From NCBI RefSeq assembly GCF_048593235.1, contig NC_133620.1, forward strand, positions 22,161,728-22,199,122: DNA of 37,395 nucleotides. Direction: 5' to 3'. The position numbers and the translations under genes are program-made. This DNA is from Sminthopsis crassicaudata. Lineage: Eukaryota. The notes beneath the pieces were generated by a model. It had not been told where the DNA came from. It ran no database searches and saw nothing but the letters and a program-made list of their open reading frames with translations. Positions 11,296 through 23,394 of the stretch are shown piece by piece; the first letter of the stretch is position 1, and each line of letters starts with the position of its first letter.

Positions 11296-11437
11296 NNNNN
11301 NNNNNNNNNNNNNNNNNNNNNNNNNNNNNNNNNNNNNNNNNNNNNNNNNNNNNNNNNNNNNNNNNNNNNNNNNNNNNNNNNNNNNNNNNNNNNNNNNNNN
11401 NNNNNNNNNNNNNNNNNNNNNNNNNNNNNNNNNNNNN
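11296..11437. other. Assembly gap
   Basis: Run of N. Confidence 1.
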
Positions 11438-11492
11438 AGAGAATTTTGTGCAAATGTCCAACTCCAAACCAAACTGCTCTCCTGCATCATAT

Positions 11493-11496
<4 letters not shown>

Positions 11497-11523
<27 letters not shown>
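11497..11523 (+). repeat. (AC)n microsatellite
   Basis: About 13 perfect copies. Confidence 0.95.
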
Positions 11524-12140
11524 TTTACGTAGATATCTATAATCACAAACATTTATACACATATACATCTGTGTAAGGTTATACTCTGCTTGTTTGAACT
11601 CTCTTGGAAGGTGGAGAACATTATCCTTCTTAGGACCAAGGCCCTTCCATACTTTTCTAAATCCATTTTCAACATCACAACAAAATTCCAGACTTATACT
11701 ATTGAGGTTTTTTAAATAATATAAAATAATATTGATCAATAATGGCTGATGTATGGTATAGTTTCCCTATTTTTCTCTTTTGGTTGAATCTATTTTAACT
11801 AACTTTTTTCAGAGATCAATTTTTTTTCTAATAAATCCCACTCCTGATCATTATTATTATATTTGTATCTCTTGTGTCCTGTCCCTGCTAACTCCTCTAT
11901 TTTATGTCTACTTTGCTTTGTTATTACTTAACCTACCTTCTCTTCAAGGATCCCTTCCTTTTACTCTCCCCTATCCTTTCTTTTCACTGCCTTTTTATCC
12001 CATTCCCATTAATCTACTCACCTTGTTATATTCCCCTTATCTTCCTCCTCTCTTTTTTCTTTATAAATTTAAGACTTTTATGCCTTGCTAGATAGATAGA
12101 CAGATAAATAGAAAGACACAAAGATAGATATATAAATAGA

Positions 12141-12524
12141 NNNNNNNNNNNNNNNNNNNNNNNNNNNNNNNNNNNNNNNNNNNNNNNNNNNNNNNNNNNN
12201 NNNNNNNNNNNNNNNNNNNNNNNNNNNNNNNNNNNNNNNNNNNNNNNNNNNNNNNNNNNNNNNNNNNNNNNNNNNNNNNNNNNNNNNNNNNNNNNNNNNN
12301 NNNNNNNNNNNNNNNNNNNNNNNNNNNNNNNNNNNNNNNNNNNNNNNNNNNNNNNNNNNNNNNNNNNNNNNNNNNNNNNNNNNNNNNNNNNNNNNNNNNN
12401 NNNNNNNNNNNNNNNNNNNNNNNNNNNNNNNNNNNNNNNNNNNNNNNNNNNNNNNNNNNNNNNNNNNNNNNNNNNNNNNNNNNNNNNNNNNNNNNNNNNN
12501 NNNNNNNNNNNNNNNNNNNNNNNN
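12141..12524. other. Assembly gap
   Basis: Run of N. Confidence 1.
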
Positions 12525-12645
12525 GGGGGCGCAGTGGAGAGAGCACCAGCCCTGGATTCAGGAGGACCTGAGTTCAAATCTGATCTCAGACACTTAACAC
12601 TTCCTAGCTGTGTGACCCTGGGCAAGTCACTTAACTCCAGCCTCA
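12525..12645 (+). mobile_element. WSINE1-type SINE
   Basis: 'gcagtggagagagcaccagccctggattcaggaggacctgagttcaaatctgatctcagacacttaacacttcctagctgtgtgaccctgggcaagtcacttaac'. Confidence 0.9.
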
Positions 12646-12655
12646 GGGGGGGGGG

Positions 12656-12657
<2 letters not shown>

Positions 12658-12732
<75 letters not shown>
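12658..12732 (+). repeat. (GATA)n microsatellite
   Basis: About 18.75 perfect copies. Confidence 0.97.
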
Positions 12733-15483
12733 GTATTGTTTCCTCTTTAACCTATTTCTGCTGTGAGTAGGATTCTAGAACTACTAGCTGTCCTCCCCCA
12801 TATAATTCTTCTGTCAGTTATTACTCTAATACCTAATTAGTATAATTACTCTTTTTTCCTTTTCCTACACAGTTTTGTTTTTTAGAATCACATCATACTC
12901 AGCTCTACCCCAATCTTTCTTTGAAACTACCTACCTTCTAATGACAGTCGTAGATATATGGTTTACATCTCCTAAAACTTAAATAATTTATCCTTATTGA
13001 GTCCTTTGAAATTAATCACTGATATTTACCTGAAATTTCTCTTGGATCTTATATGTACAATTTCCTGCCCCAAAAAATCCTGAAAGTCTGACAATTCATT
13101 GAAGGTCCATTTTTTTCCATTCAGGATAATGCCTAACTTTGATGGATATGATACTTTCAGCTACAACCTTAGTTCTTTTGCTCTTCAATATGTAGTGTTC
13201 CAAGATCTATGGTCATTTAATGTAGCCACTGCTAGGTCTTGTGTGACTCTAACTGTGACACCCTCATATTTGATTTTTTTTTCTTGTTGCTCAATATTTT
13301 CGCCTTGATCTGGGCTTTTCAGGATTTAATTATGCTGTTTCTATAGGATTTCCTTGTAGGATCTCTTTCAAATGGTATGGTAGATTTTTTATATTTCTAC
13401 TTTCCCTTCTTTATCTAACACTTTGGGGCAATTTTCGTTAATTATTTCTTGTATTATCAATACAAGATTCTTTTTTTGGTTGTAGCTTCCAGATACTCCA
13501 ATTATTCTTGTTTTCTCTTCTTTTTTTCCTCCAAATCTGTTGTCTTTTTTAAGAGATATGTCACATTCTCTTCTATATTTAATTCTTTACATTTTGTTTT
13601 ATTATATGGTTTTATGTAATATTATGTATTATATTATGTTATATATGATTTCTTATAATTTCACTGGCTTCCCCTTACACAATTCTAGCTTTCAAGGTTT
13701 CATTTTCTTCCTTAAGATTCTGGATCTCCTTTTCTAATTGGTTGACTTTCTTTTCATAGTCTTGTTTTTTCAGATTGCTCTTTTTTTTTTTTTTAGCTTT
13801 TCCTCAATTTCATTTTATTTTTAAGTCTGTTTTGAGTTCTCTGAATTCTTTTGGACACTGGGCCATTTAACGTTACTCTTTGGGGGAGTAGCAGCTTTTT
13901 TTTATTTCAATATCCTTCTCTGAAGATGAACCTCCATCTTCCCCTATTCCCATAGCATCTTTCTATTCTTTCTCCTTTACTTGCTCATTTTTTATAACAA
14001 GATCTTGTTATTGTAATATTGTAACCACCTCTAGTGGGGGAAAACTGCCTCTGGCTTCAGGTCTTCCTTCAATTCTCCCCTCTAGTCTGGAACATCAGAT
14101 AGCCAAGGTTAAGCTCCCCCCAACTTCCCATAAGTCCCCCCAGCCAGCAGCGTCCTGCCCCACTGCTTCTGCACTCACCAGGTGCTCAGATGCCTTCTTA
14201 TCCAGGGCCCAGTCTCAGCAGCATAGCTGAGCCTGGTGTTCCTTATCAGCAGAGGTTCCCTCAAGCTTTCTGGATTTAGAGCCAGGAAGGTTGGGTCCCC
14301 CAGCTTGGGCAGAGGCTGCCTCCCAACTCACCTTACCTCAAGCTGCTTGCTGTTTGGACAACTGGCCTGGAGGTGTTTCATGTGAGCCAAACCTCCAGCC
14401 CAGAATCTTTCTTTGGACCTTCTCCATTTGTCCTAGAAAGACCACTGTTCTGCCCAAACTCATATTTGTTTTTAACCAATCTACATTTGCCCTGATGCAC
14501 AATTTTGTCTTTTTGGGGTTGGGGAAATCTGGAGAGACTGGAATTTTCTGACTTAAAACACAATCTTCCCAGAATCTTCTCCCCTGAAGGCTATTAAAAA
14601 TAAAGCAAAACCAAAAAAACTTCCCCTATTTGCTCAATGATTCACAATATAGCAAGACAGGTTAATACTAATTACAACTAGCATTTAAGTAGCATTTTAA
14701 GGCCTATAAAGTACTTTTATCTCCTTTGCTTCTCACAATTCTTCGAGAAAGGTGCTATAATGATCCCTATTTTACAGGGGAGGAAACTGAGGCAGGCAGA
14801 ACTAAATGCCCAGAGTCCCATGCTACTAAGTATCCAAGGCTGGATTTGAGGATAGGTCTTCTTAAGTGCTGTGTTTATCCCAACTCTCTCATTGCTGGAT
14901 AGCTCTTTTAGTCAGCAATACCTCAAACCAAAATCTGCCTCTGCAGGTTTTGTTCTTGGCTCTCTTCCAGGACAGCCTCCCTCTTGCCCCCCAAATCTCA
15001 GCACTGTGGCTCACAATCTGGGATGGTTCTTGCTCCTTTCCACCCCTACAGCCTTGACTAGCATGGGCTCAACATTGGGGGCTTGGCAGAAGCTGCAGCC
15101 CCAGTGTTCTGTGATGGAAAAAAATTAACTACAGAATGAAGGGCAGCCGCTCCAGAGTAGGAGGGAGTCCCACTCCTTCATTTTACTGATGAACAAACTA
15201 AAAGTGAGGGGATTTATCTGAATCCACATGGAGTGAATGCCAGAGGGGGGATTTGAGCCCTCTCTGCCCCAAACTGGGGACCTGATCCTGACTGTCCACT
15301 CCCCTTTGGGGGGCCATTCCATGAGCAAAACATACTTGGAGAACACTTCCTATTTTCTGCTTGTGTGAACTGGATCTGCTTGGGACTTGCTCCATTGTAC
15401 CTGGAGCCACAGAGGAGACTCCTGACTGTGTGAGGTGAGAGAATGGGGATCACTGAGGAGGGATCAATCCCCTTAGTCTAGAT

Positions 15484-15657
15484 CAGGGGTTTTCAAACTT
15501 CAACCCGTGGGCCAGGTGGGGCCGGCTGAGGACGTTCAACTGGCCCGCTGGGAGGGGCAGAGCCAGAGTGGGAGCTTTTGTTTTTACTATAGTCTGGCCC
15601 TCCCACAGTCTGAGGGACAGTGAACTGCCCCCTATTTAAAAAGTGTGAGGAACACTG
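15484..15657. mobile_element. Non-autonomous hAT/Charlie MITE, OC1 (OposCharlie1)-type, 174 bp
   Basis: Perfect 8-bp TSD GTCTAGAT at 15476-15483 and 15658-15665. Imperfect TIRs CAGGGGTTTTCAAACTT / CAGTGTTCCTCACACTT. Internal 'tttttactatagtctggccctcccacagtctgagggacagtgaactg..ctatttaaaaag' recalled as OC1 terminal sequence. Confidence 0.88.
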
Positions 15658-15784
15658 GTCTAGATTGACCTCCATGCTTCCCAAGATTATAGCAACATTC
15701 TAGATGTTGTTTACTCACCTTGAGCTTGTGGCTCCCTAAGAACCCCAAGGCTTTTTCAAAAGGCCCACCCAAAGCCATTGGTAC

Positions 15785-15984
15785 CTTGAAGAAGATCCTG
15801 CCTTCCAGGAGAACATAGAAGCGCTCTGGGAGTGCAGCGTAGCTTCTGCTGGCCAGGTTGTCCATGGTGTCTAAAACAACAGGGCACATGGGCTTCTTGT
15901 CCCTTAGCAGCCTGGAAGCTTCCATGCGATCACGAAGGGTGCGATGCTGTCTAATTTCAATATTGTTTGCAAAGGCCCAGCCAT
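15785..15984 (-). CDS. DIO1: DIO1 exon 3
   Basis: Acceptor cccctccAG, donor GTacca. 200 nt encoding [67 protein letters not shown]. Confidence 0.97.
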
Positions 15985-16749
15985 CTGGAGGGGAAGGAGC
16001 AGTCAGATCAGCCAGGACTGATCCGGCCTGGGTTCTGGGCTGGCCATTCGGTTAAGTATTGGGGACAAAAAGGCAAAAGCCGAGTCCCTGCCCTCGATGG
16101 GCTCATGTTCTAATGGAGAACGCAACCTGCACACAGCTAGGCACAAACACCAGACACGGGGAGATTGGGAGAAAGGTGCCTTTATGAAGTACCTCCTGAT
16201 CCTTCAACAACTTTGCATCCCAAGAGCTAGTGTTATGCCCAGATTACAGATGAGGAAACTGTACCCAGCCCCGTCAGCTTTTGAGCCTGCCTAGAGGAGG
16301 CCCTAGCCCACAGGATACTGGGAAGGAATTTACTAGCAATAATAAATAGCAGCCTGAGGCTGAGACATAGGTCCTTTGATTCCAAATCCAGGGAACTTTA
16401 CATTCAAAGCAGCTGTTTCAAACCTGAAGTAGAACCTAGAGATGAAAGTGGTTTCCCTTCAGGGCTGGGTGGGAATGTGCTAATTGCCCATCAAAGACAG
16501 CTACAGGAGCTAATATTTATTTCAACTTATATTTCATTTTTTCAATCAGTGAAAATCCACCTTTTCCCCCTCCCTCTCTCTTCTCATTCCCTCTTATTAT
16601 GATTATAAAACAAATCCCGGTTATACACACGTATAGGCAAACAAAACCAAGGAAATTTCTATATAGGTGATGTTCAGATTCATTCTTGAGTCATTTTCAG
16701 TCATGTCCAACTCTCTGTGGTCCCTTTTTGAGTTTTCTTGACAGATATT

Positions 16750-16878
16750 GGAAGGGTTTGCCATTGGCTTCTCCAGCTCATTTTACAGATGAGGAAACTG
16801 AGGCAAACAGTGTGAAGTGACTTATCCAGAGTCACACAGCTAGTCAGTGTCTGAGGCTAAATTTGAACTCCAGGCCAG
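16750..16878 (-). mobile_element. MAR1 SINE
   Basis: 'tttgccattggcttctccagctcattttacagatgaggaaactgaggcaaacag...atttgaactcc'. Confidence 0.85.
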
Positions 16879-16884
16879 TGTGTG

Positions 16885-16923
<39 letters not shown>

Positions 16924-16925
16924 TG
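16879..16925 (+). repeat. (TG)n microsatellite, interrupted
   Basis: Core (TG)15 at 16887-16916. Confidence 0.95.
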
Positions 16926-18989
16926 ACACACAAACACACTTATTAATACTGTGGTTCGGGTGTAGGGTATGCTCAGGGAACACTAGTACCTCTGGGTGAG
17001 GGCTGCTTGTCCACCTTCGCTCTAACTCACCTCGGGCTCCAAGAAACTGAAGGATGCACGGCCACACCTCAGTAAACCCTTTCAGCAGACAGGCCAAGCC
17101 AGGTGGAGGGGAACCTATAAGTGAGTTAGGGGGATGTCTGCCCAAGCAAGGGAAGACTTCCCGGGTGGGATGGGCCGCTGATTGCTCCAAGGCCATGAAG
17201 GCGACTGAAGCAGGTGTGGTGGAGCACTTAGAGCTTGGTCAGACACCAAAGCTCGGTCAGACACCAAGGTCGTTCCCTGCATCCCGAGTCATCAGCGGTC
17301 TTCTTAACTCTATCCTACCTCTGGACAGAGGTGACTCTGGACGAGAGAGTGAGGCCGACTGTGCACCTCAGAGGAACAGAGGAACTCTGGTTTCTATTTA
17401 GTCTATTTGAATTTTCCAGGACTTTGTGGCTTGGACAAGGTCCTTGCCTCTTCTGCCACAAGGGTAATTTCTTTTCTAATTCTTTCTTCTGTAGCTCTCA
17501 TTCCCACTTTTTTCTTTACTAGCTCTTCACCATAACAGCTCTTTCTGGTGGAATTCCTTTTTTGTTTGCCGCTTCTTCCAGCATTTGCCCTGACTTTGGC
17601 CTTGATGGCTCAGTGCTCAGTTCTCTGCACACATTTGGAGGAAAGGCCAGGGCTGGTCCTGTTGCTGCTTTCCTGGGGTACTGGGCAGTGTATTATTCTA
17701 GGATCTCGGGGACAGCTCAGGCTGGGGACTTTCCCATCCAAAGTGATACAGGCAAAATCTGATCACTGCCTTCCTGCAAGGTCCTCAGCTGGATTTGGTT
17801 CTGAACAAAGTAATAAATTGTTGCTGGGCTTCGCCTCCATCAGTCAGCCCAATCACAGGCTTCCCTGCCTTAGTTATTCCTCTGTAGGCTAGGGGCTACA
17901 ACTGAGACCCTGCTCTGCTCTTGAGAGCTGAGCCACACCACTGCTGCCTGCCTTTGAACACATCCTCTCAGTATATAGTCCAGGGCCTGTTTTGGGGAGG
18001 GGGTGGGATTAGTATCGGTCCCTTTCTTCATCCTCCCTGAATCTGTAACTCAGATGAGCTACAAAGGGGCCAGTTGTCACCCATTTCTCTTGAGGTGCCC
18101 CAGTGTAGAGCTGGGACTTACACTCGTTGGGGTGTAGGGCCTCTTCCTGTGCTGGAATACTCCTTGAGAAGACTCCTGGCCAAAACCCAACCCCAATGCC
18201 TGTAATGTCTCTGCATCCCCACGTCACCCTGGGTTAGAAAAAGTACTAACAGTAACTTTTTCTTGGGTCTCTCCATTAGTTTTTGGTCTGGTGCATTTTC
18301 TAGAGCTGTTTGGAACACCGTTGCGGAGAAGGACTTGGGGGAATCCATGGTACAGCTACCTCCTATTTTGTCCTCTCACTTTCCCTTTGAAGGCTAGTAA
18401 TTCATAACAAGAACCGCGGTTCAGTGAATAGTTATGGCAAACACAGTTTTTGGTGACAATGGGCAGTTTCCATTGGTCATGAAGGCCACCAGTGGAAAGA
18501 AAATTGGATCTCAGTCCCAGCAGTGTTGAGGGCCATGGCTTTAAGTTCAGGGTCTCGTGGGGAGGGGGCTAGCTCTGAGGTCCTGCCTATGCCAGGGAAG
18601 AGTTCTGTGTGGTACAGATTGGTTTCTTTCTGAGAGGAGAAGGGGAGAGTCCTGCAGGAAGGCTTCTTCATATCAGAGTCATCAGGGAGTGGGATACACT
18701 ACAGACCACCTTGGCAGGAAGAGGAAATAGGTTTCATGCTTGAGTCAAAGATACCATCTATGAGGAACGGATAAAAATCAGCACTCTCTTGCCAAAATTA
18801 CCAATCAGGAAATTCTTGATTCCACCGAATAAATGATCGTTTCATTATTCAGGCAGCAGAGGGAACCATTCTTCTGCACTTATTGTGATCAATGAGAAGG
18901 AATTAGTTGCCAAGGTAGAAATTATTTCAACGTTAGCAGGAAACTCCATGTGAGAATTTGTATTAGAGACAAATCCAATCTAATCCAAG

Positions 18990-19250
18990 ATGCATTTGTC
19001 AAGCATATGTACAAGCACTGAATGGGTGTTGCCTCAGTCAAACTGAAACCTTAGCTTAAAAAGGCTGAGATCTCCCAGGGTCATCTCCTGTAGTCCCGAT
19101 CTCTCTCTGGCCACCAGACCCAGATGGCTCTGGGGGAAAGTGAGTTAGGGGCCCTTGCCAGCCCTCCCTCCCTCCAATCCACTTTACTTGAATGTCATGG
19201 CGTCACCTCCCTGATGGCATGGTCCTCTTGGAGAACAAAGGATGAACAAC
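18990..19250 (-). mobile_element. RTE-related marsupial SINE (WALLSI/RTESINE-like)
   Basis: 'ggccaccagacccagatggctctgg...gtcatggcgtcacctccctgatggcatggtcctcttggagaacaaaggatgaacaac'; family assigned from recall. Confidence 0.6.
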
Positions 19251-19639
19251 TATTCTAGGATCGGGATATAAAGGCAAAGTGAAAAAACAGACCACTCCCC
19301 ACCCCCACCACGGAGCTATTGTTTTAGTGCGGGATAAGCTGGATGCTGTTTAAGGGGTCCCCTGGACATTGCCAGAGCAGATTTCTAAGAATTCAGGCAA
19401 AGATGAGAGAGAATTGTTAAATGTCCATAGAAGTGAACCAGCAATGGTGTGGATCTGACATGAATGACACGCGAAAGCCAGCGTGTTTTGGGGGAGGTGG
19501 ATGGTGGTGTAGCCCTAGCATTGGGAAGTCCACAGGTAGAATCTGGCCTCAGACTGGGCAAGTCAGTTCACCCTGTTTGTCTTAGTTTCCTTATCTGTGA
19601 AACGATCTGGTAAGGAAATGCCAAACCATGTCAGTACCT

Positions 19640-19900
19640 TTATCAAGAAAACCCTAAAGGGCATTGTGAAGAGTTGGACGTGACTAGACAGAGGCAATGT
19701 GACTTGGAGAAGAAAGGCCTTGGCTCGGTGATGGGCTTAGAAGCAGCTTTTAAATGTCTGAAGGGCTGTCCTCTAGGAGATGGATCCGCTTTGTTCTGCA
19801 GGCCTCCAAAGATTGCATGGGAGTAAGGGGGGAAAGTCTCAGAAAGGTAGATTTCGGTCCAAGGAGAGGCTTCCCAATATTCAGTGAGATTTTAAAAATA
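19640..19900 (+). mobile_element. L3/CR1 3' fragment
   Basis: 'gacttggagaagaaaggc...ttttaaatgtctgaagggctgtc...ttgttctgc'. Confidence 0.6.
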
Positions 19901-21096
19901 GCCGGATGATCACTTGTTGGCTATGTTGTAGAGCAACTCAGCTGGATCCTGGCCTGCCATGCAGGGACTTAGAAAACTGCAAATTTACATTATCGATGTG
20001 ATAATTTTTATGTGTTTTGCTAAATTTTTTCCAATTACGTTATAATCTGGTTTGGGCAGCACTCTGGGCCCCAGTGGATGGATTTGGAAGTGGTGAAGGA
20101 AGGAAATGGTTAATGTTGGAGGGATCATGGAAACACACTGTCAGAACAGTGGTCTGGAGATCTGTCTAGTGGACTCAACGACACTGAGAAAGGAAAGAGC
20201 CAACATATACCAAAGTATTCACAGCAACAGGGGGTTTTGTGGTAACAAACCCATCAAATAAGGGCTGGCTCAACAATCAGTGGTATATGACTGGAAAGAG
20301 ATATTATTGGGCCATGACAGAAAGTGAGAATTCAAAGAAACTCTGAAGATTTGTATGAACTGACACAGAACAAAGAAAAGCTCGCAAAGAAAGCAGGGGC
20401 ATGGAAATAATGTATATAATGAACAACAATAAACAGGAAAACAATCCTAAAAAGGCATCAGAATTCAGCTTAGCGTGACGATAAAACCTACTTCCCTCTA
20501 CTGTCAAGTAGACAGTGGGGGCAGAGCATTGTAAATGCATTGAACATGTTGAATCGTTTTACTCGACTATTTTTCTTATAAGAAAAGGATGGTGATCGTG
20601 ACATATAATTTTAGATTTTTAAATTAAATTTTTATCAATTAAACCTTTTTGGAAAAGATGTTCCCTGGGGGCTCATATATCTCTGAGATCTTGCAATATG
20701 CTTGGAAGCCTGACAAAAAGAGGAAGGAGAATTAAGGGAAGGGCAATAAGTATTTATATAGCACTATCATATGCCAGGCACTATGGGAAATACTATTTCA
20801 TTTGATCCTTACAAAACTCCAGGACATAGGTGCGGTTGTTATTCCTGTTTACTTCTGAGGGAATTGTGGCAAACAGCGATTAAGGGACTTGCCCAGGATC
20901 ACATAGGTATAAGTGTCTAATGCTAAATGTAAATTCTGGTTTTCCTGACTCGGGCCCTTTGTTGGAATCACTGCACCACCTGCTACCAAGGACAGAACTC
21001 TGGAGTTGGAAGGGGCCCAGAAACCATCTTTTCTTCCCAATGGTCCTTTAGGCTTTGTTAACCATCATGGAGGTCCCAGAACTCAGGGCTTTGTAC

Positions 21097-21240
21097 CTGC
21101 AGCGTGAGCCTCCTCAATGTAGATGATGAGGAAATCTGCTATTGAGCTGAAGTCTTCAATGAGTTTCTGGAACTGGTTAAATTTGAAGATAAATGAGGGT
21201 CAGGTGCAGCTTCCAAAATTCAGCACCAAAGGCCTGTTGC
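21097..21240 (-). CDS. DIO1: DIO1 exon 2, containing the Sec (UGA) codon at 21202-21200
   Basis: Acceptor ttgttgcAG, donor GTacaa. 144 nt encoding [48 protein letters not shown](D), the deiodinase active-site motif. The ORF track misses it because of the TGA. Confidence 0.97.
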
Positions 21241-21344
21241 CTGCAACAAAAAATACGACCATGAAAATACTGGTGCCCAGTGACACAGAATCTAGAGAGT
21301 GAGAAGGCTTCCTGGTCTGCTACAGATGGTGTTCACTGCTTTGG

Positions 21345-21630
21345 ATAGGGAGGGCCTTAGAACTGAGAATGTCAGAGCTGAGGAGGGGGGAGTCTAGAAC
21401 AGGGAATATCAGAGCTGAGGGGGGTCTAGAACAGAGAATATCAGAACTGGGGTATCTAGAAGAATAATAGAGCTGGAAGAAACCTTAGAAATGGAGATGG
21501 CAATGGGTCTTAGAACATGGAATGTCAGAGATGGGGTACCCAGAAGAGGGAATGTCAGAGCTGGAGGAGGAGCTAGAACTGGAAGGGCCTTAGATTGGTA
21601 GGAACACAGAATGTCAAAACTTGAGGGAAC
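21345..21630 (+). repeat. Degenerate ~30-33-bp tandem repeat (tagaacagggaatatcagagctg-type), about 8 units
   Basis: Repeated 'tagaac..gaat(g/a)tcagagctg' units. Confidence 0.75.
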
Positions 21631-23069
21631 CATGAGAAAAAGTGGTAGTGTTGTGAAGGAATGCTAGTCTGGGAAGGACTATAGAAAGGAGTGCTAGAAC
21701 ATACAAAATTAAATGTGAGAATAGAAAGTAACCTTAATCATCTTTTTCCAACTTCCTTATATTTTAGATGAGGAAACAGGCTCAGGGAGGAGCGGGGAAT
21801 CATCAGTTTGTGGCACAGCTGTAATTAAAGTGTTCTCTATTCTTTACTGTCCATGTCTGACAAAAATTGGGGGTGGGATTAGGCAGTTATCAGGACAGCT
21901 GGGTGGCTTAGATAGAGTGCTGGGTCTGAAGTCAGGAAGATTTATGTGCTAGAGGCTTGGTGCTAGGGGCTGGAGACATATAAACAAAATAGAAAAATCG
22001 GGTCCTGACCCCAAGGAGAGACCAGGGGCAATGTGAGGATAAAGCAAAGATGAGGTCCCCAGTAGTTCTTGAAGAGCAAATCACAGCATTAAGGGAGAAG
22101 TCTTCCTACCCCATCCCTCCTCAGTAGTATCTTGTTTCTGATTCACCCTGCCCTGTGCCTGCCCTTCCTTCTATTACCCCTTCTCTCTTCTTTTACTCCT
22201 TTCTCCTAGAATTTCTATTCTCCCTCTACCAGCCCTACCCTTTTCTTTCCCCTTTCTCCTCCTACTTCTCTATAGGGTAAAATAAATTTCTATACCCAAC
22301 TGAATGATTCAGTTATTCCTTCTCTGAGCCAAAACTGACAATGTTCATCCCTCTATTGTAATAGGTCTTTAGTGCTTCTCCATGTGATCTAGTTTGTTCC
22401 ATTATACTTCCCTTCCTGTTCAGAAAGAAGTCTTTACTCAAAGAAACAATGGTGATGTTTTCACCAGGATTCAACCAAAAATGTCTGAATCAAGTTTAGT
22501 TCTGAGATATCCTACAGCTCTTCAGACTTCAATTGTTCCTAAGCTCAACCCCTGTCACTTGGGGGACCAGAAAGGGCTCCTGACTTTGAAGCCAGAAGGC
22601 TGGTTTTGAGACTGGGCTCTGCCACTCATAAACTGGGCTATGGAGGGTCAGTTCCTTTGCCACCAGAAATATCAGGGATAGAATTGGATTCGATCATTTA
22701 ATAAGACTCCAAGAAGAGGCTAAAATTGTACCCAAATCAGAGAACAGCCACAATTCAATTGAATTAAGCATGTATTTAGTAAGTATCTACTGTGTGTCAG
22801 GTTCTTTGTGGGAAGTTTCAAAGACAAAAAGAAAAAGAAGTTTGCCAACCATTTTACAGCTTGCAGGATGTTTTCATATACATTCACTCATAGGATTGTT
22901 CAGACGGCAGAGGGAGCTTCCCTAATCTGAATTTGAGGAAACTGAAGTCCAGATTGGCCCCATAACCTGCCCCCGTCACATGTGGCTTGTTACATCTGAC
23001 ATTGCTACTTCTTGACCTATGCCCAAGCCCATCATACCTATTCCCCCAGAAGAAGAACAATTCACTGAC

Positions 23070-23394
23070 CATTCATGAAGTCCCAGATGCGATGGCTCTC
23101 CCCGTTTTGGGTGACCACAGGAGAGTTGGGTGCCAGCCCCCCCTGTAGCGCCTGATCCTCCAGGCGCTGCCATCGAACCTTCAGGACAAAGAAGAAGTAC
23201 TGGATGCTGAAGAACGTTGGGCCCCAGTTCTTATACTCAAACGTAGGGTTCTGATTAATGCTAATTCTCTGGCTCAGGAGATTTCTCTTCATCCTGTCTG
23301 GGAACAAGATCTTCTGCACCTTCCCCACTGCAACATGCCAGGCCACCTGCAGCAAGACCCAGAGCCGCCTACCCCAGAGCAGCAGCCCAGCCAT
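23070..23394 (-). CDS. DIO1: DIO1 exon 1 coding part (type 1 iodothyronine deiodinase)
   Basis: ATG at 23394-23392. Encodes [40 protein letters not shown]...[25 protein letters not shown]...[10 protein letters not shown]...IWDFMN(G), the typical DIO1 N-terminal TM segment and following region. Donor GTcagt at 23069. 325 nt, phase 1. Confidence 0.95.

Larger units (their letters stand above)
11030..14560 (-). mobile_element. Old fragmented L1 (3' end at left, ORF1/5'UTR-like sequence at right), interrupted by gaps, a SINE and microsatellites
   Basis: AT-rich, with L1 3'-tail motif at 11030-11295 and ORF1-like antisense text at 13150-13450 ('ctcttcaatatgtagtgttccaagatct...ggatctctttcaaatgg'). 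Confidence 0.6.

Noticed and set aside
21200-21202. Premature stop implying a DIO1 pseudogene
   Set aside because: The TGA is at the conserved Sec position, all splice sites and frames are intact, and a SECIS is present.
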